DNA of 64,000 nucleotides from NCBI GenBank assembly GCA_031409295.1, contig JANNWZ010000154.1, positions 19 through 64,018 of the forward strand, given 5' to 3'. Made by a program: the position numbers and the translations under genes. The notes beneath the pieces were generated by a model that saw nothing but the letters and a program-made list of their open reading frames with translations, was not told the origin of the DNA and ran no database searches. Shown one piece after another: positions 1-9,470 of the stretch; the first letter of the stretch is position 1, and every line of letters starts with the position of its first letter. Origin of the DNA: Mariniblastus sp. GTDB lineage: Bacteria; Planctomycetota; Planctomycetia; Pirellulales; Pirellulaceae.

Positions 1-3000
1 TGTACAAGTTGCCGACGGCGTGAACACCACCGCCAACGCGGGCACCGCCAGTAACGGTGTTGCCAGTGACATCGACTCGATTTAACGCAGCAATACCGGT
101 CGACTGTTCAACGAGTATTCCTCCGCCATCGTTGCTAATCGAGCCGCCGGTGATTCTCACATCGGTCAACGCAAGGCTGCCCGTAGCTCCATCCACTTCA
201 ATCGCGCGGTCGATTCCACCGCCGCTAATAATCGTGCTGGTCATGCCAGCACCGAAGATGGTCACCGTTGTCTGTATGTCAAAGTCGCCTGTCAAGCTGC
301 CGTCCTCGCCTGTTCCAGCGATTGAGATCGTATACGTTCCGGTATCTAGAAAGATTCCGCCGCCACCTGCGGTGTTATTGGATGCGATCACTGCTTCGCG
401 AAGTGAGATCTTGCCGTCGGTTCCTTTGTTTGCTAACAGGTTCGCTATTGAGGTCGTGGTGCCGTCGACGACATCGCTAAACGTATCGACAATGAGTGCC
501 GACGCGTTAGCTGTTGTGCTACTAAACTCGGATGAGTTACCGGTTGCCACATTCGTCGCCGTCGCCGTGATATTGGCTCCGACAGCAACCGTGGCGCTGA
601 ATTGCTCGACGAACGATGCGTTTCCGCTGGCGTCGGTATGAACATTTCGAAAACCCAGGTAAGTCTGACCTTCGTCGCCGCTGGTGTTCGCATAAAACTC
701 GACGCGAAAGGTCGTGTTAGCGAGACTGTTAATTGTGCCGGACACTGCAAACTTGCCACTGGCGTTGATGAAGGCGCCCGTTAGTACGGGAAAGTTTTGT
801 AGGTTGTTCGCACCGGTATCGGCATCGCCCGCGTCGTTGGCGGTCACGCCGGTTGTGCCCAAGTCGATGCCAAGTCCAGCATTTCCATAAATCGAGTTAC
901 CGTACATGGCGTTGCCGGTGCCGGTGCCGGTAATGGCAATTCCGGCTGTGCTGCTTCCGCCGGTCCCAGAGTTGGTGATCGTATTGCCTTGTCCAGTCGC
1001 AGTTCCGCCAATCGTGTTGTTAGAGGCAGTGCTAAGAATCTGAATTCCGTAACCCGTATTCCCGGTGGTGACGGAACCGGTTGAATCGCGACCGATAAAA
1101 TTTCCTTGAATTATCGTCCCAGAAGAAACTCCATTGAGCGAAATTCCATTGCCTGTGTTTCCGAGGATGACGTTGTCGATGATGCTCGTGTTATCGCCGC
1201 CAGATGTGATTCGCACGCCATCACCGGCGTTGCTTAGTACAGTCGAACCGTTGGCTCCCAAACCGATCCAGTTGTTGCGAATGATATTGCCGTCGCTTGG
1301 CTCGGAAGCAATCTCAATTGCTTCACCGCCAGTCGTCCCACCGATAATATTGCGATGCGCGGTAGTCAAGCCGCCGATCGTATTGAACGTCGCCCCGCTC
1401 TCGATTCTAACGCCGTGAGTAGTGTTACCCAGAGCGGTGTTGCCCGTTGCGGATGTTCCAATGTAGTTGCCGGCGACCGTGTTATTGCTGGCGCTGGCAC
1501 CCGATAGGTTGATGCCAAAGGTGCTATTGCCGCTGATGATATTGCGATCGAAACTTCCTGTGCCACCGACGGTGTTGTTGGAAGACAGGAGGGTGATCCC
1601 AGAACCTTGATTGGCAATCACAGCCGTACCGGCTGCGTTCAGACCAATGGTGTTTCCTTGAATCGTGGTGCTGGAAGAAGTGGCGTCTGCATAAACTCCG
1701 AAGGAAGCCGTTCCCGATGTTCCAGTACCGGAGATGACGTTTCCAGCACCGCTGGTCGAACCACCGAGTGTATTCCCCGAAGCGGACCAGAACCCGACTC
1801 CGTACCACTGGTTTCCAAGGTCCGCCGAGCCAGTGTTGCTGACTCCAATGTAGTTGCCCAGGATCGTATTGGACGAACCGTTCCAGACCGAGACACCAAT
1901 ATTGTTGTTTCCGGAAATGACGTTGCGATTGGCAGTCGAGGTACCACCAATCGTATTGCTGGAACCGCCTGCGATGTTGATTCCAATATCGTTTCCTGCG
2001 GCAGCCGTGCCGGCTTGTGTTGTTCCGATGTAGTTGCCGACGATCAGGTTGCTAGAGCTTTGGATCTCGATGCCATCACCGGTAAAGCTGCGAATGACGA
2101 GACCGCGGATCGTGCTGCCGCTGCTGCCTGCCGTTAATCGTAAACCGTCGGTATAAGTACTGTTGCCGTTCAAAACGATTAGCGGCTGTCCTGAGTATCC
2201 TGATTGCGTTGTTGCGTCGATGGTGACGACGTGATCGATATCTGCTAATTGTGCAGTTGTTAGCGTGATCGTTTGTACGCCCGTACTAATATTGAAAACG
2301 ATCGTATCGGCACCTGCGTTTGCTTTGGCATCGATGAGGGCTTGGCGGAATGAGCCGGCACCGCTGTCATTGGTGTTGGTGACGGTGTAGGTTGCAAGCA
2401 GCCCGCCGTAGGATTCTTGGAAGTGGAGGCCGAAGGCGATTTCGGTTTCGATGGTGGCGGCGGGCTTCCAGCCGGCCGATTCAATGTCGATGGAATTCAC
2501 AGAATGGTAGCCGATGCCACTGGAATTCACAGGCTGGAAGCCTATGCCACTGACATACTCCAAGCTCCAATCGCCGCCGCGAGAAAGATCGCCGGTTTTG
2601 TCCGTCGAGGCGGCTACGTCGGCGTTGGTTAATCGAGCAACCGTGTCAATAAACAATTGACCCTGTGGTCCGGCGGCGACGTCGCAACCGTAGATGAGAA
2701 TATCACCAGATTCGTTCAGCGCCCTACCCCAAGCCTGCAAGTCGGCCACGTGGCTTTGGATATTTCCAGCAGTTAACCAGGAGTCGCCCAGCTGGATCAT
2801 GCCATCCGCACCGTGGGAGACAATATGAATCGCGTCGAGGTTGGTGTATTGGGTCAAGGCGTTGTTGATTTGCTCGAAACCGCCTTGGCCCTCCTCCAGA
2901 ACAACAAAGGAGATCGATCGACCCAACGAGTGGGCTTGGAATTCCAGGTCGGCAATCAATGTTTCAGAATTGTATAGGCCGGCTTGGACGAAGGCCAATT

Positions 3001-3505
3001 CGTAGTGCGAACTATAGGTCAGCGCTGGTGGAATGGCGGCTGACGTCAAATGAGTTTCCGCGATGGTTGAATTCAGGCTGGAAGTCTCCCCGGTCAATTC
3101 GAACTGCTGGATTCCTGACGTAGATAATTCGACGTTGGCAACTCCGTCGTCAGCCACTGTCAATTCGCCGGTAGGCCGGTTGGCATCGTTCGGCAGCACA
3201 TTGATCGAATGCAATTCGGCGGGTGGCCAAAACGCGCCACCGGTTATGAATCCAGTGTCAAATGCCTGCACTTGATCAGACAGTTGAAGCAAATGATTGA
3301 TTTGCTGATCAACTTGCCCGCCGTTGTCCGGCACTTGGTCGGGAACGAATAGGCTCGATAGCCCGGTAGCATCAAATAGGATGCGGTCTTCCAAAGATTC
3401 CAATAAAACGGACTTCAGCAATTGTTCCGTCGGTGGCGTGGGGCTGAACGAGCTGACCATGAAGTGCCAACCGTGCTGAAAGAGGCTATTTAAGGACGGG
3501 TTCAT
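1..3505 (-). CDS. Giant surface/secreted protein (N-terminal part; runs off the window's left edge): LEPR-XLL-like motif, DUF4347 domain, parallel beta-helix repeats, CSLREA-like motif
   Basis: Absent from the ORF track because there is no stop in the window. Manual minus-strand translation from ATG at 3505 gives MNPSLNSLF...LLESLEDRILFDATG..., then DUF4347 hallmarks (IHIVSHGADG, DILIYGCDVAAG, VAASTDKTG...GGDWSLE), TYTVTNTNDSGAGSFRQAL, many GN(Y/F/W)IG / NTIGG / RNVISGN repeats, NNLQNFPVLT and GKISLREAVIASN. The frame is consistent at both ends and at spot checks in the middle. Confidence 0.9.
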   Translation of the reverse strand, partial: MNPSLNSLFQHGWHFMVSSFSPTPPTEQLLKSVLLESLEDRILFDATGLSSLFVPDQVPDNGGQVDQQINHLLQLSDQVQAFDTGFITGGAFWPPAELHSINVLPNDANRPTGELTVADDGVANVELSTSGIQQFELTGETSSLNSTIAETHLTSAAIPPALTYSSHYELAFVQAGLYNSETLIADLEFQAHSLGRSISFVVLEEGQGGFEQINNALTQYTNLDAIHIVSHGADGMIQLGDSWLTAGNIQSHVADLQAWGRALNESGDILIYGCDVAAGPQGQLFIDTVARLTNADVAASTDKTGDLSRGGDWSLEYVSGIGFQPVNSSGIGYHSVNSIDIESAGWKPAATIETEIAFGLHFQESYGGLLATYTVTNTNDSGAGSFRQALIDAKANAGADTIVFNISTGVQTITLTTAQLADIDHVVTIDATTQSGYSGQPLIVLNGNSTYTDGLRLTAGSSGSTIRGLVIRSFTGDGIEIQSSSNLIVGNYIGTTQAGTAAAGNDIGINIAGGSSNTIGGTSTANRNVISGNNNIGVSVWNGSSNTILGNYIGVSNTGSADLGNQWYGVGFWSASGNTLGGSTSGAGNVISGTGTSGTASFGVYADATSSSTTIQGNTIGLNAAGTAVIANQGSGITLLSSNNTVGGTGSFDRNIISGNSTFGINLSGASASNNTVAGNYIGTSATGNTALGNTTHGVRIESGATFNTIGGLTTAHRNIIGGTTGGEAIEIASEPSDGNIIRNNWIGLGANGSTVLSNAGDGVRITSGGDNTSIIDNVILGNTGNGISLNGVSSGTIIQGNFIGRDSTGSVTTGNTGYGIQILSTASNNTIGGTATGQGNTITNSGTGGSSTAGIAITGTGTGNAMYGNSIYGNAGLGIDLGTTGVTANDAGDADTGANNLQNFPVLTGAFINASGKFAVSGTINSLANTTFRVEFYANTSGDEGQTYLGFRNVHTDASGNASFVEQFSATVAVGANITATATNVATGNSSEFSSTTANASALIVDTFSDVVDGTTTSIANLLANKGTDGKISLREAVIASNNTAGGGGIFLDTGTYTISIAGTGEDGSLTGDFDIQTTVTIFGAGMTSTIISGGGIDRAIEVDGATGSLALTDVRITGGSISNDGGGILVEQSTGIAALNRVDVTGNTVTGGARVGGGVHAVGNLY
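2454..2550. repeat. Planctomycete-type REP/REPIN palindromic element embedded in frame in the DUF4347 coding sequence
   Basis: The arms GGCTTCCAGCC (2463-2473) and GGCTGGAAGCC (2532-2542) are perfect reverse complements. There is also a 30-bp imperfect tandem duplication, tggaattcacagaatggtagccgatgccac / tggaattcacaggctggaagcctatgccac (2491-2550). Confidence 0.75.
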
Positions 3506-4080
3506 CGAATATTGGCAGTTTAAAGGTACGAGGTTTTTGTTTGCGCCGAACAATACTGGCGAGCAGCCGATTGGCACCCTAAAAGTTGATGAAGCGGAAT
3601 TTGCGCAGTCTGTTCCGGTCGAACTTTACCCCACGGATTGCGACGTGTGAGACGGGTCAGGAAAAAAATAGGGAACCGGTAAACTTTGCCGATTGGAATG
3701 TGCTGATCGTACGGCTAGCACGCGTTGAGTGCCGTCCGAATCGTTCTCCGATAGCACGGTTTAGTTTGGCGAGCTCAAGCAATGGAAACTCTGAGGTTGG
3801 ATGGCAAGGAGATACTGCGCCTCGCCAGGAAAACGAATCGAGGATGCTCAATTCGCTGCAGCAATGTCCGGGACCAGGCTGATTTCTCCGTCTCCTTGCC
3901 GAGAGTGTCAGAATTGGCAATTGCTAGCCAGCAGTTTGTAAAACTATTCGGTTTGTATTGTTTGTCGTGTTCCTTCGAACCGAAAACGGGCGCGAACTCG
4001 CTTTCCCTATTATCCGCACGACACGGATTGGGCGAATAACAGACAGACGCGATAAGCCAATTGTGCTGGTGGAGATCATT

Positions 4081-6477
4081 GTGCCTTCTAAATCAATCAC
4101 GACGAAATATACTGTGGCAACCACCGTACTGTTTGGTTGTATGTTTGCCGGCTCAGAAACCTTCGCCCAGTCGCCGACACTTCAACCGGCAAACTCAACG
4201 GTATTCTCTGGGCGGCCAATTCAGTTTCCTTTAATGGATTCCGCTAGTAAAGTTCCAGCCAAGGCGCCAACGATCCCCAACGCCGCCCAGTTGGAATTAT
4301 CGTTCCAGAGTCTACCGCCGCTTCCGAATCCAGGTGCTGTGCCATCGGCTCAAGATCCAGCGGCGTTGCAAGGCCGATCGCCGTTTCAAAATCTATCAGG
4401 GATTCAGGAACCACTTACGTTTCAGGATCTTCCAAAGTTTCAAGATCTTCCGCAGCTTCAAACACCTCCGGTCGTTCCTGTCGCGAAGAAGCAGTTCGAT
4501 TTTACAAACGACTTTGCCCAAGCCTACCAGAAAATCGGAACTGCACCGCCAGTATCAAACCCACCCGAGTCATCGCCACTGCGAAACCAGTTTGGGCCAC
4601 AACATTCGCCCGAATCCGTCTCGGCTCACAAAAACGAGACGGTGGTGGACGCAACGGAATTGCCGTCACTCGCCCCGACAGTGCCCGCCGTCCCGCCAAT
4701 AAACGATCGTATTGCCAGACGAACCGACGCGGACGCCGCGGCCGATGATTTCTCACACCATCGCGATGAATCCGGCGAACAAGGCGCTAAATCCGGCCTA
4801 CAAAGCGATAAATCCAGTGATGCACCGGTAGCCGTTGAATTGGATGAAGTCGTCAAATCGACTCCCAATGCGATCGCTGCGACACCTGTCAATCAATTCG
4901 ATCCAGCGACGTGGAACGCCGATCCGTTGTGGTGGAAACAAGTCGTCAATCAGGCTTTGAATCCTGACAATAAAACGCAAACGATCGACACGAATACGCT
5001 GGTCTTGGAGGCTTTAAAGAACTCTCCTCGAATTCAAGCGATCAGTCAGACCCCCTTGATTCGCGAATTGCAGGTCATCGAGGCCGATTCAGATTTTGAT
5101 CCCGTTTCCTTTGTGCGAAGTAATTTTGAGGATCGCAATGACCCGGTTGGCAACACGTTGACGACGGGTGGTGCGCCTTTTCTCAAAGACAACATTTGGA
5201 GCGGTGAATTTGGGCTGCGTAAGAAAACCCGAACGGGTGCGTCCGTTCAAATGAGCGAACGGCTGGGCTTCAAAAACAGTAACTCGACGTTTTTTCTGCC
5301 GCAAGATCAGGGTACAGCCACGTTGGCTTTGAATGTCACACAGCCGTTGATGCGCGGTCGTGGAAAGTACTACAACCAAAGTCAGATTTTGATCGCCCAA
5401 GCGACCGGGGGTGCCGCCTGGAATACGTTTAGCAATGAACTGCAAGACGAATTGCAAGAGATCACGCAGGCGTATTGGAGATTGTATTATGATCGCAGTC
5501 TGTATTTGCAGATGAAACGCAATGTCGAGCGGGGCGAACAAATTCTGCTGATGTTGGAAGGCCGCAGCGAACTGGATTCACTGCCCAGCCAAATAGCGCG
5601 CGCCCGATCGGCGGTCCAGTCCCGTAAAACCGACCTCGCCAATGCGTTCCGTGACGTGCGCAACGCGGAAACCGAGATTCGCCGTCGGATTGCCGATCGC
5701 GAGTGGTTGGCGGCGCAGTCGATCGAGTTGCTGCCGGTCGAACTGCCTCAAGCTGAACCCTTTGAAATCCCACTTGAGCAGGTAGTCTTGACTGCGTTGG
5801 AACAGCGTCTGGAAATCAAAGAAGTCCTGCAACGGGCGAAGATCGCGGGGATTCAGCGCGATGTCAGCACCAATGAACTGTTGCCGGAATTGTCATTGTT
5901 GATGGGCACTTACGTCAGTGCACTGAAAGGGGAATCGGCGCTGGGCCAAGCGATTACCGGTCAGTTTGGCGTCGCGCCCGGTTACAACTTTGGTGTGCAG
6001 TTTGAAATGCCCTACCAAAATCGGAGTGCCCGCAGCCGGTTGGCCCAACAAAAACTCCAGGTGGCGAAAATCAAGGCGGAAGTCGACGAGACGATCCAGA
6101 AAGTCGTCGCGGAATCGCAAATATCTCTGCGGCGGGTAAATTCCGCGGGACAGACCTTGCTCGCCGCTGAGCAAGCGATCATTGCCTCCCGCGCCGATTT
6201 GCAACAGAATTATCAACGCTGGGAAGCGTTCGGATTGGTGGAAGGAGATCTTGCTGACGGTCAAAACCCGACAACTTTACTTAATCAAGTGCTGGATTCC
6301 CAGGAACGACTGGCGGCGGCAGAATTAATCTATGCCCAAGCGGAATTGGACCTCAAAAATTCTGAGACTGCCTTGCAACGAACGATGGGGACACTACTGA
6401 TGCACGAAAATATCGACTTCAGTATGCTCACCAGTGGCGATCAGCCGGAAATGAAGTTGGAGAAAAAAGAAGACTGA
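4081..6477 (+). CDS. TolC-family outer-membrane efflux/secretion channel with a long Pro/Gln-rich N-terminal extension
   Basis: ORF 3958-6477; GTG at 4081 precedes a signal-peptide-like stretch. The C-terminal ~480 aa has OEP features: ALKNSPRIQA, LNVTQPLMRGRG, ELQEITQAYWRLYY, NELLPELSL, GVQFEMPYQNRSARS, VLDSQERLAAAE, LQRTMGTLL. Confidence 0.88.
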   Translation: MPSKSITTKYTVATTVLFGCMFAGSETFAQSPTLQPANSTVFSGRPIQFPLMDSASKVPAKAPTIPNAAQLELSFQSLPPLPNPGAVPSAQDPAALQGRSPFQNLSGIQEPLTFQDLPKFQDLPQLQTPPVVPVAKKQFDFTNDFAQAYQKIGTAPPVSNPPESSPLRNQFGPQHSPESVSAHKNETVVDATELPSLAPTVPAVPPINDRIARRTDADAAADDFSHHRDESGEQGAKSGLQSDKSSDAPVAVELDEVVKSTPNAIAATPVNQFDPATWNADPLWWKQVVNQALNPDNKTQTIDTNTLVLEALKNSPRIQAISQTPLIRELQVIEADSDFDPVSFVRSNFEDRNDPVGNTLTTGGAPFLKDNIWSGEFGLRKKTRTGASVQMSERLGFKNSNSTFFLPQDQGTATLALNVTQPLMRGRGKYYNQSQILIAQATGGAAWNTFSNELQDELQEITQAYWRLYYDRSLYLQMKRNVERGEQILLMLEGRSELDSLPSQIARARSAVQSRKTDLANAFRDVRNAETEIRRRIADREWLAAQSIELLPVELPQAEPFEIPLEQVVLTALEQRLEIKEVLQRAKIAGIQRDVSTNELLPELSLLMGTYVSALKGESALGQAITGQFGVAPGYNFGVQFEMPYQNRSARSRLAQQKLQVAKIKAEVDETIQKVVAESQISLRRVNSAGQTLLAAEQAIIASRADLQQNYQRWEAFGLVEGDLADGQNPTTLLNQVLDSQERLAAAELIYAQAELDLKNSETALQRTMGTLLMHENIDFSMLTSGDQPEMKLEKKED

Positions 6478-6645
6478 GGTTTATCGCGAATGTAACGATT
6501 GTGTAGTCGGCTGGTAGAGATAAAACCAAAAAATGGTCTGCGGCGAATGAGTTGGAGTGGAATGTGAACCTAGGTTATCAGGGAAACCAGACATTCGCTG
6601 GTTATCAAGTAACCTCTGTTCAACGTTTTCACCGCCGATCCTCCC

Positions 6646-7479
6646 ATGAAATCCATTTGCCTTGCACAGCGTCCATTTTCGTTCAACCAAGCGATACTGT
6701 TGGTTGTGGGATTCTGCTTGTTCCTGTTTGCCTTGACATCCGTTGCCGAAGCACAGATCGATGGTTTTACCGAACCGTTTCGCCGCATTGAATTGTCCAG
6801 CGACGAATCGGGCGCCATTGCTGAACTGTTGGTCGAGGAAGGTCAATCGCTCGAAGAAAATGAACCGGTAGCCCGACTCGATGCGCGTGTTCAGGCATTG
6901 CAATTGGAAATCGCGGAACAGTTGGCTCACAGTCAGAGTCAATTGATCGCGGCCGAAGAGGGATTGAGTAAACGACAAGCAATCAGTGATAAATTGGCCC
7001 AGCTAAAACACGAAGGGCACGCCAGTCAATCAGAAATTATTCGTGCTGAGATGGAATTGTCGCTGGCCAAAGCAAAACTATTATCGGCTAACGAGGATTT
7101 GGCAGTCGGAGAAATTGAACGCCGTCGAGCCGCAGTACAACTTGAACGTCGCACCATTGTCGCCCCATTCAAATCCATCGTAGCCAAGATTCACGCACGC
7201 GAAGGAGAGTTTTTGTCGCCCCTGAGACCGGAAATCGTCACGCTGATCCAGGTCGACAAGTTGATCGCCAAATTCGCTGTACCGAGCACGCAAGTTACCT
7301 CGTTTGAAGTTGGCAAAAAATTCAATCTCCAATTGGGGAGTGACCGAACGGTACTGGCGGAAGTATTGAGCGTGGGCGTCGAAACGGATGCTCAAAGTGG
7401 AACGGTTGAAGTCAAATTAGTTATTGAGAATCCGGAACTGGAGTTTCGCAGCGGCGAACTCTGCACCTTGACTATCTAA
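6646..7479 (+). CDS. Membrane fusion protein / periplasmic adaptor (HlyD/RND MFP family)
   Basis: N-terminal hydrophobic segment, lipoyl half-motifs (GAIAELLVEEGQSLEENEPVARLD; IVAPFKSIVAKIHAREGE), coiled-coil hairpin and C-terminal beta-barrel (DAQSGTVEVKLVIENPELEFRSG). Confidence 0.88.
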   Translation: MKSICLAQRPFSFNQAILLVVGFCLFLFALTSVAEAQIDGFTEPFRRIELSSDESGAIAELLVEEGQSLEENEPVARLDARVQALQLEIAEQLAHSQSQLIAAEEGLSKRQAISDKLAQLKHEGHASQSEIIRAEMELSLAKAKLLSANEDLAVGEIERRRAAVQLERRTIVAPFKSIVAKIHAREGEFLSPLRPEIVTLIQVDKLIAKFAVPSTQVTSFEVGKKFNLQLGSDRTVLAEVLSVGVETDAQSGTVEVKLVIENPELEFRSGELCTLTI

Positions 7480-7553
7480 ACTTTTTTCAACTGGATCGAG
7501 TTTCGTCATTTCGTTAAACCGAACACGGTTGGCAACCTAGCATCGAAAAAAAC

Positions 7554-9470
7554 ATGCTGAACTCAGGGACGAGTCCGATTAACAGGGTACTGCCGATCAA
7601 GGTGGTTCGATCGACAGCGGCCCCTTCGTCGGCGTCAGCGCCGCAGTTTGAGAATCAGACTCTGGTGCGGCAATTGGAATTGGCGATTGCTACCAGCAGC
7701 TCGCTCAACCATTTAATGTCCCAGTTGAATCGAATCATTGGTGAACAGACGGAGTGTCTGGCGTTGTGGATCGCTGCGCGCGACGAACAAGGTCAGTTCG
7801 CAGACTTTCAGCCGCTGTCAGAAGAATCGTCATTCGCCGTCTGGGATTTGGCACGCGAAGTAGTTCCCTCGTTGGTCGGCCATCTGCTTCAATCCAGTCA
7901 AATCTGCTCGACGCCTCTCCCCTGCAGTTCTTTAGTTCAGCTGGTCGCGGCGCCTCTACGCTCGCAATCCAAGCCCGAGACACCCATCGATTTCGTATTG
8001 TTGGGATGTTTTGAAAGCAGCAATCAATCCACCCTGCGATTGCAATGGCTTATGGGATTGGCGACTCAAGCGATCACCAACTGGTTTCAGGCTCAAGCCT
8101 TGACTCATGTGGAAACCAAACAGCGTGGCCTATCGGATTCACTGAAACTGATTCGCGACCTGGATCGGACGACCAGTCGAACGCAAGCGGCAATCCTGAT
8201 CGTGAACCAGTTGCGCCGGCTGTTGAGCGTCGAACAGGTGGCGTTGACACTCAACGGGCAGCTGATCGCCGTCTCGGATGTCGAACAAATCGATCAGTTC
8301 AACGAATCCAATAAACTGATTCAGGCGGCCTGCAATCAAACTTTGCGGACGGGAGAACCCGTGGCGTTTTTGAATTCAACTGCACAAGTGACACCGGCTC
8401 AATTGGCGCTGGCAGACTACTGTCGCGCACATCGTATCGAAGCCTGTTTGAATCTGCCACTCAGTCTGTCCGTGGGCGGAACCAATCAGGCCACGCCAGA
8501 AACAATCGGCGGACTGTTGATCGCCGGTTCCGCAGATCGATTGGGAAACCGCTCATTTGTTGAGTACCTGGTGCAACTGACGGGGTTGATTGGTGGGCAT
8601 TTGGAAGTCGTGTTGCGGGCCAATCGAAGCTTCAAAGAAATCGCCGTTCAGAAAATCCAAACACTGCGGAAACATCGTTGGAGAAAAGTTGCCTTGTTGG
8701 CGGCGTCGATCGTCGCAATTGTGTTGTCGATGCCAGTTCCCTATCGAATCGCTTGCGATTGTGAAATTCAACCCGTTTTACGCCGGTTCGTCGCCGCTCC
8801 CTATGACGGAATTCTGGAACGAGGGCTGGTGAAAAACGGCGAAATTGTGGCGAAAAATCAATTATTGGCACAACTCGATGGACGCAATCTGCGAATCGAG
8901 TTGGCCGGTTTGCAAGCGGAATTGGGAGGGGCGAAAAAACGACGCGACGCCGCATTGGCCGGCGGCGATATCGCCCAATCGCAGATCGCCCGGAGTGAAA
9001 CCGAACGCTTGGAAGCAAAAATATCGTTGTTGGAGCAACGCACGCTCAATTTGGAAGTGCGCAGTCCGATCGACGGAATCATTATCAGTGGCGATTTGGA
9101 GAAAGTCGAAGGTGCGCCCTTAGAAATGGGACAAACACTGTTTGAAGTCGCTCCAGCGGAACAAATGGTTGTCGAAATCGCCATCCCGGAAACGGAAATT
9201 CAATATGCCAAACCCAACATGATTGTGACGCTGAAACTGAATTCATTTCCGTTTCGCACTTGGTCGGGAAAGATTGAGAGTATCCATCCGAGCGCCGAAG
9301 TTGTCGACAGCGAAAGTGTGTTTGTGGCTCAGGTCATCATCGACAATTCTGAAAATTTGTTGCGACCAGGCATGGAAGGATCGGCGAAAGTAAATTCCGA
9401 GTGGTCGCCGCTGGGCTGGAATCTGTTCCACCGCTCATGGGAAGCAGTTCGTTACTGGACGATTTGGTAA
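7554..9470 (+). CDS. GAF-like domain(s) + single TM + HlyD-type MFP fusion
   Basis: The N-terminal ~370 aa has GAF-like segments (LALWIAARDEQG; EACLNLPLSL...IGGLLIAG), then a TM (VALLAASIVAIVLSMPV), then MFP motifs (RFVAAPYDGILERGLVKNGEIV, VRSPIDGIIISGD, NSENLLRPGMEGSAKV). Confidence 0.82.
   Translation: MLNSGTSPINRVLPIKVVRSTAAPSSASAPQFENQTLVRQLELAIATSSSLNHLMSQLNRIIGEQTECLALWIAARDEQGQFADFQPLSEESSFAVWDLAREVVPSLVGHLLQSSQICSTPLPCSSLVQLVAAPLRSQSKPETPIDFVLLGCFESSNQSTLRLQWLMGLATQAITNWFQAQALTHVETKQRGLSDSLKLIRDLDRTTSRTQAAILIVNQLRRLLSVEQVALTLNGQLIAVSDVEQIDQFNESNKLIQAACNQTLRTGEPVAFLNSTAQVTPAQLALADYCRAHRIEACLNLPLSLSVGGTNQATPETIGGLLIAGSADRLGNRSFVEYLVQLTGLIGGHLEVVLRANRSFKEIAVQKIQTLRKHRWRKVALLAASIVAIVLSMPVPYRIACDCEIQPVLRRFVAAPYDGILERGLVKNGEIVAKNQLLAQLDGRNLRIELAGLQAELGGAKKRRDAALAGGDIAQSQIARSETERLEAKISLLEQRTLNLEVRSPIDGIIISGDLEKVEGAPLEMGQTLFEVAPAEQMVVEIAIPETEIQYAKPNMIVTLKLNSFPFRTWSGKIESIHPSAEVVDSESVFVAQVIIDNSENLLRPGMEGSAKVNSEWSPLGWNLFHRSWEAVRYWTIW

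Noticed and set aside
57-3275. Plus-strand ORFs (57-641, 1134-1418, 1607-2137, 2417-2632, 3063-3275)
   Set aside because: Antisense shadows of the Gly/Asn/Thr-rich minus-strand giant gene, with no recognisable motifs.
3958-4080. TTG-started N-terminal extension of TolC
   Set aside because: It precedes the signal-peptide-like segment, so GTG 4081 is the more plausible start.
4420-4462. 18-bp tandem repeat in tolC (FQDLPK/FQDLPQ)
   Set aside because: Only about two copies, inside a low-complexity linker; no evidence of function.
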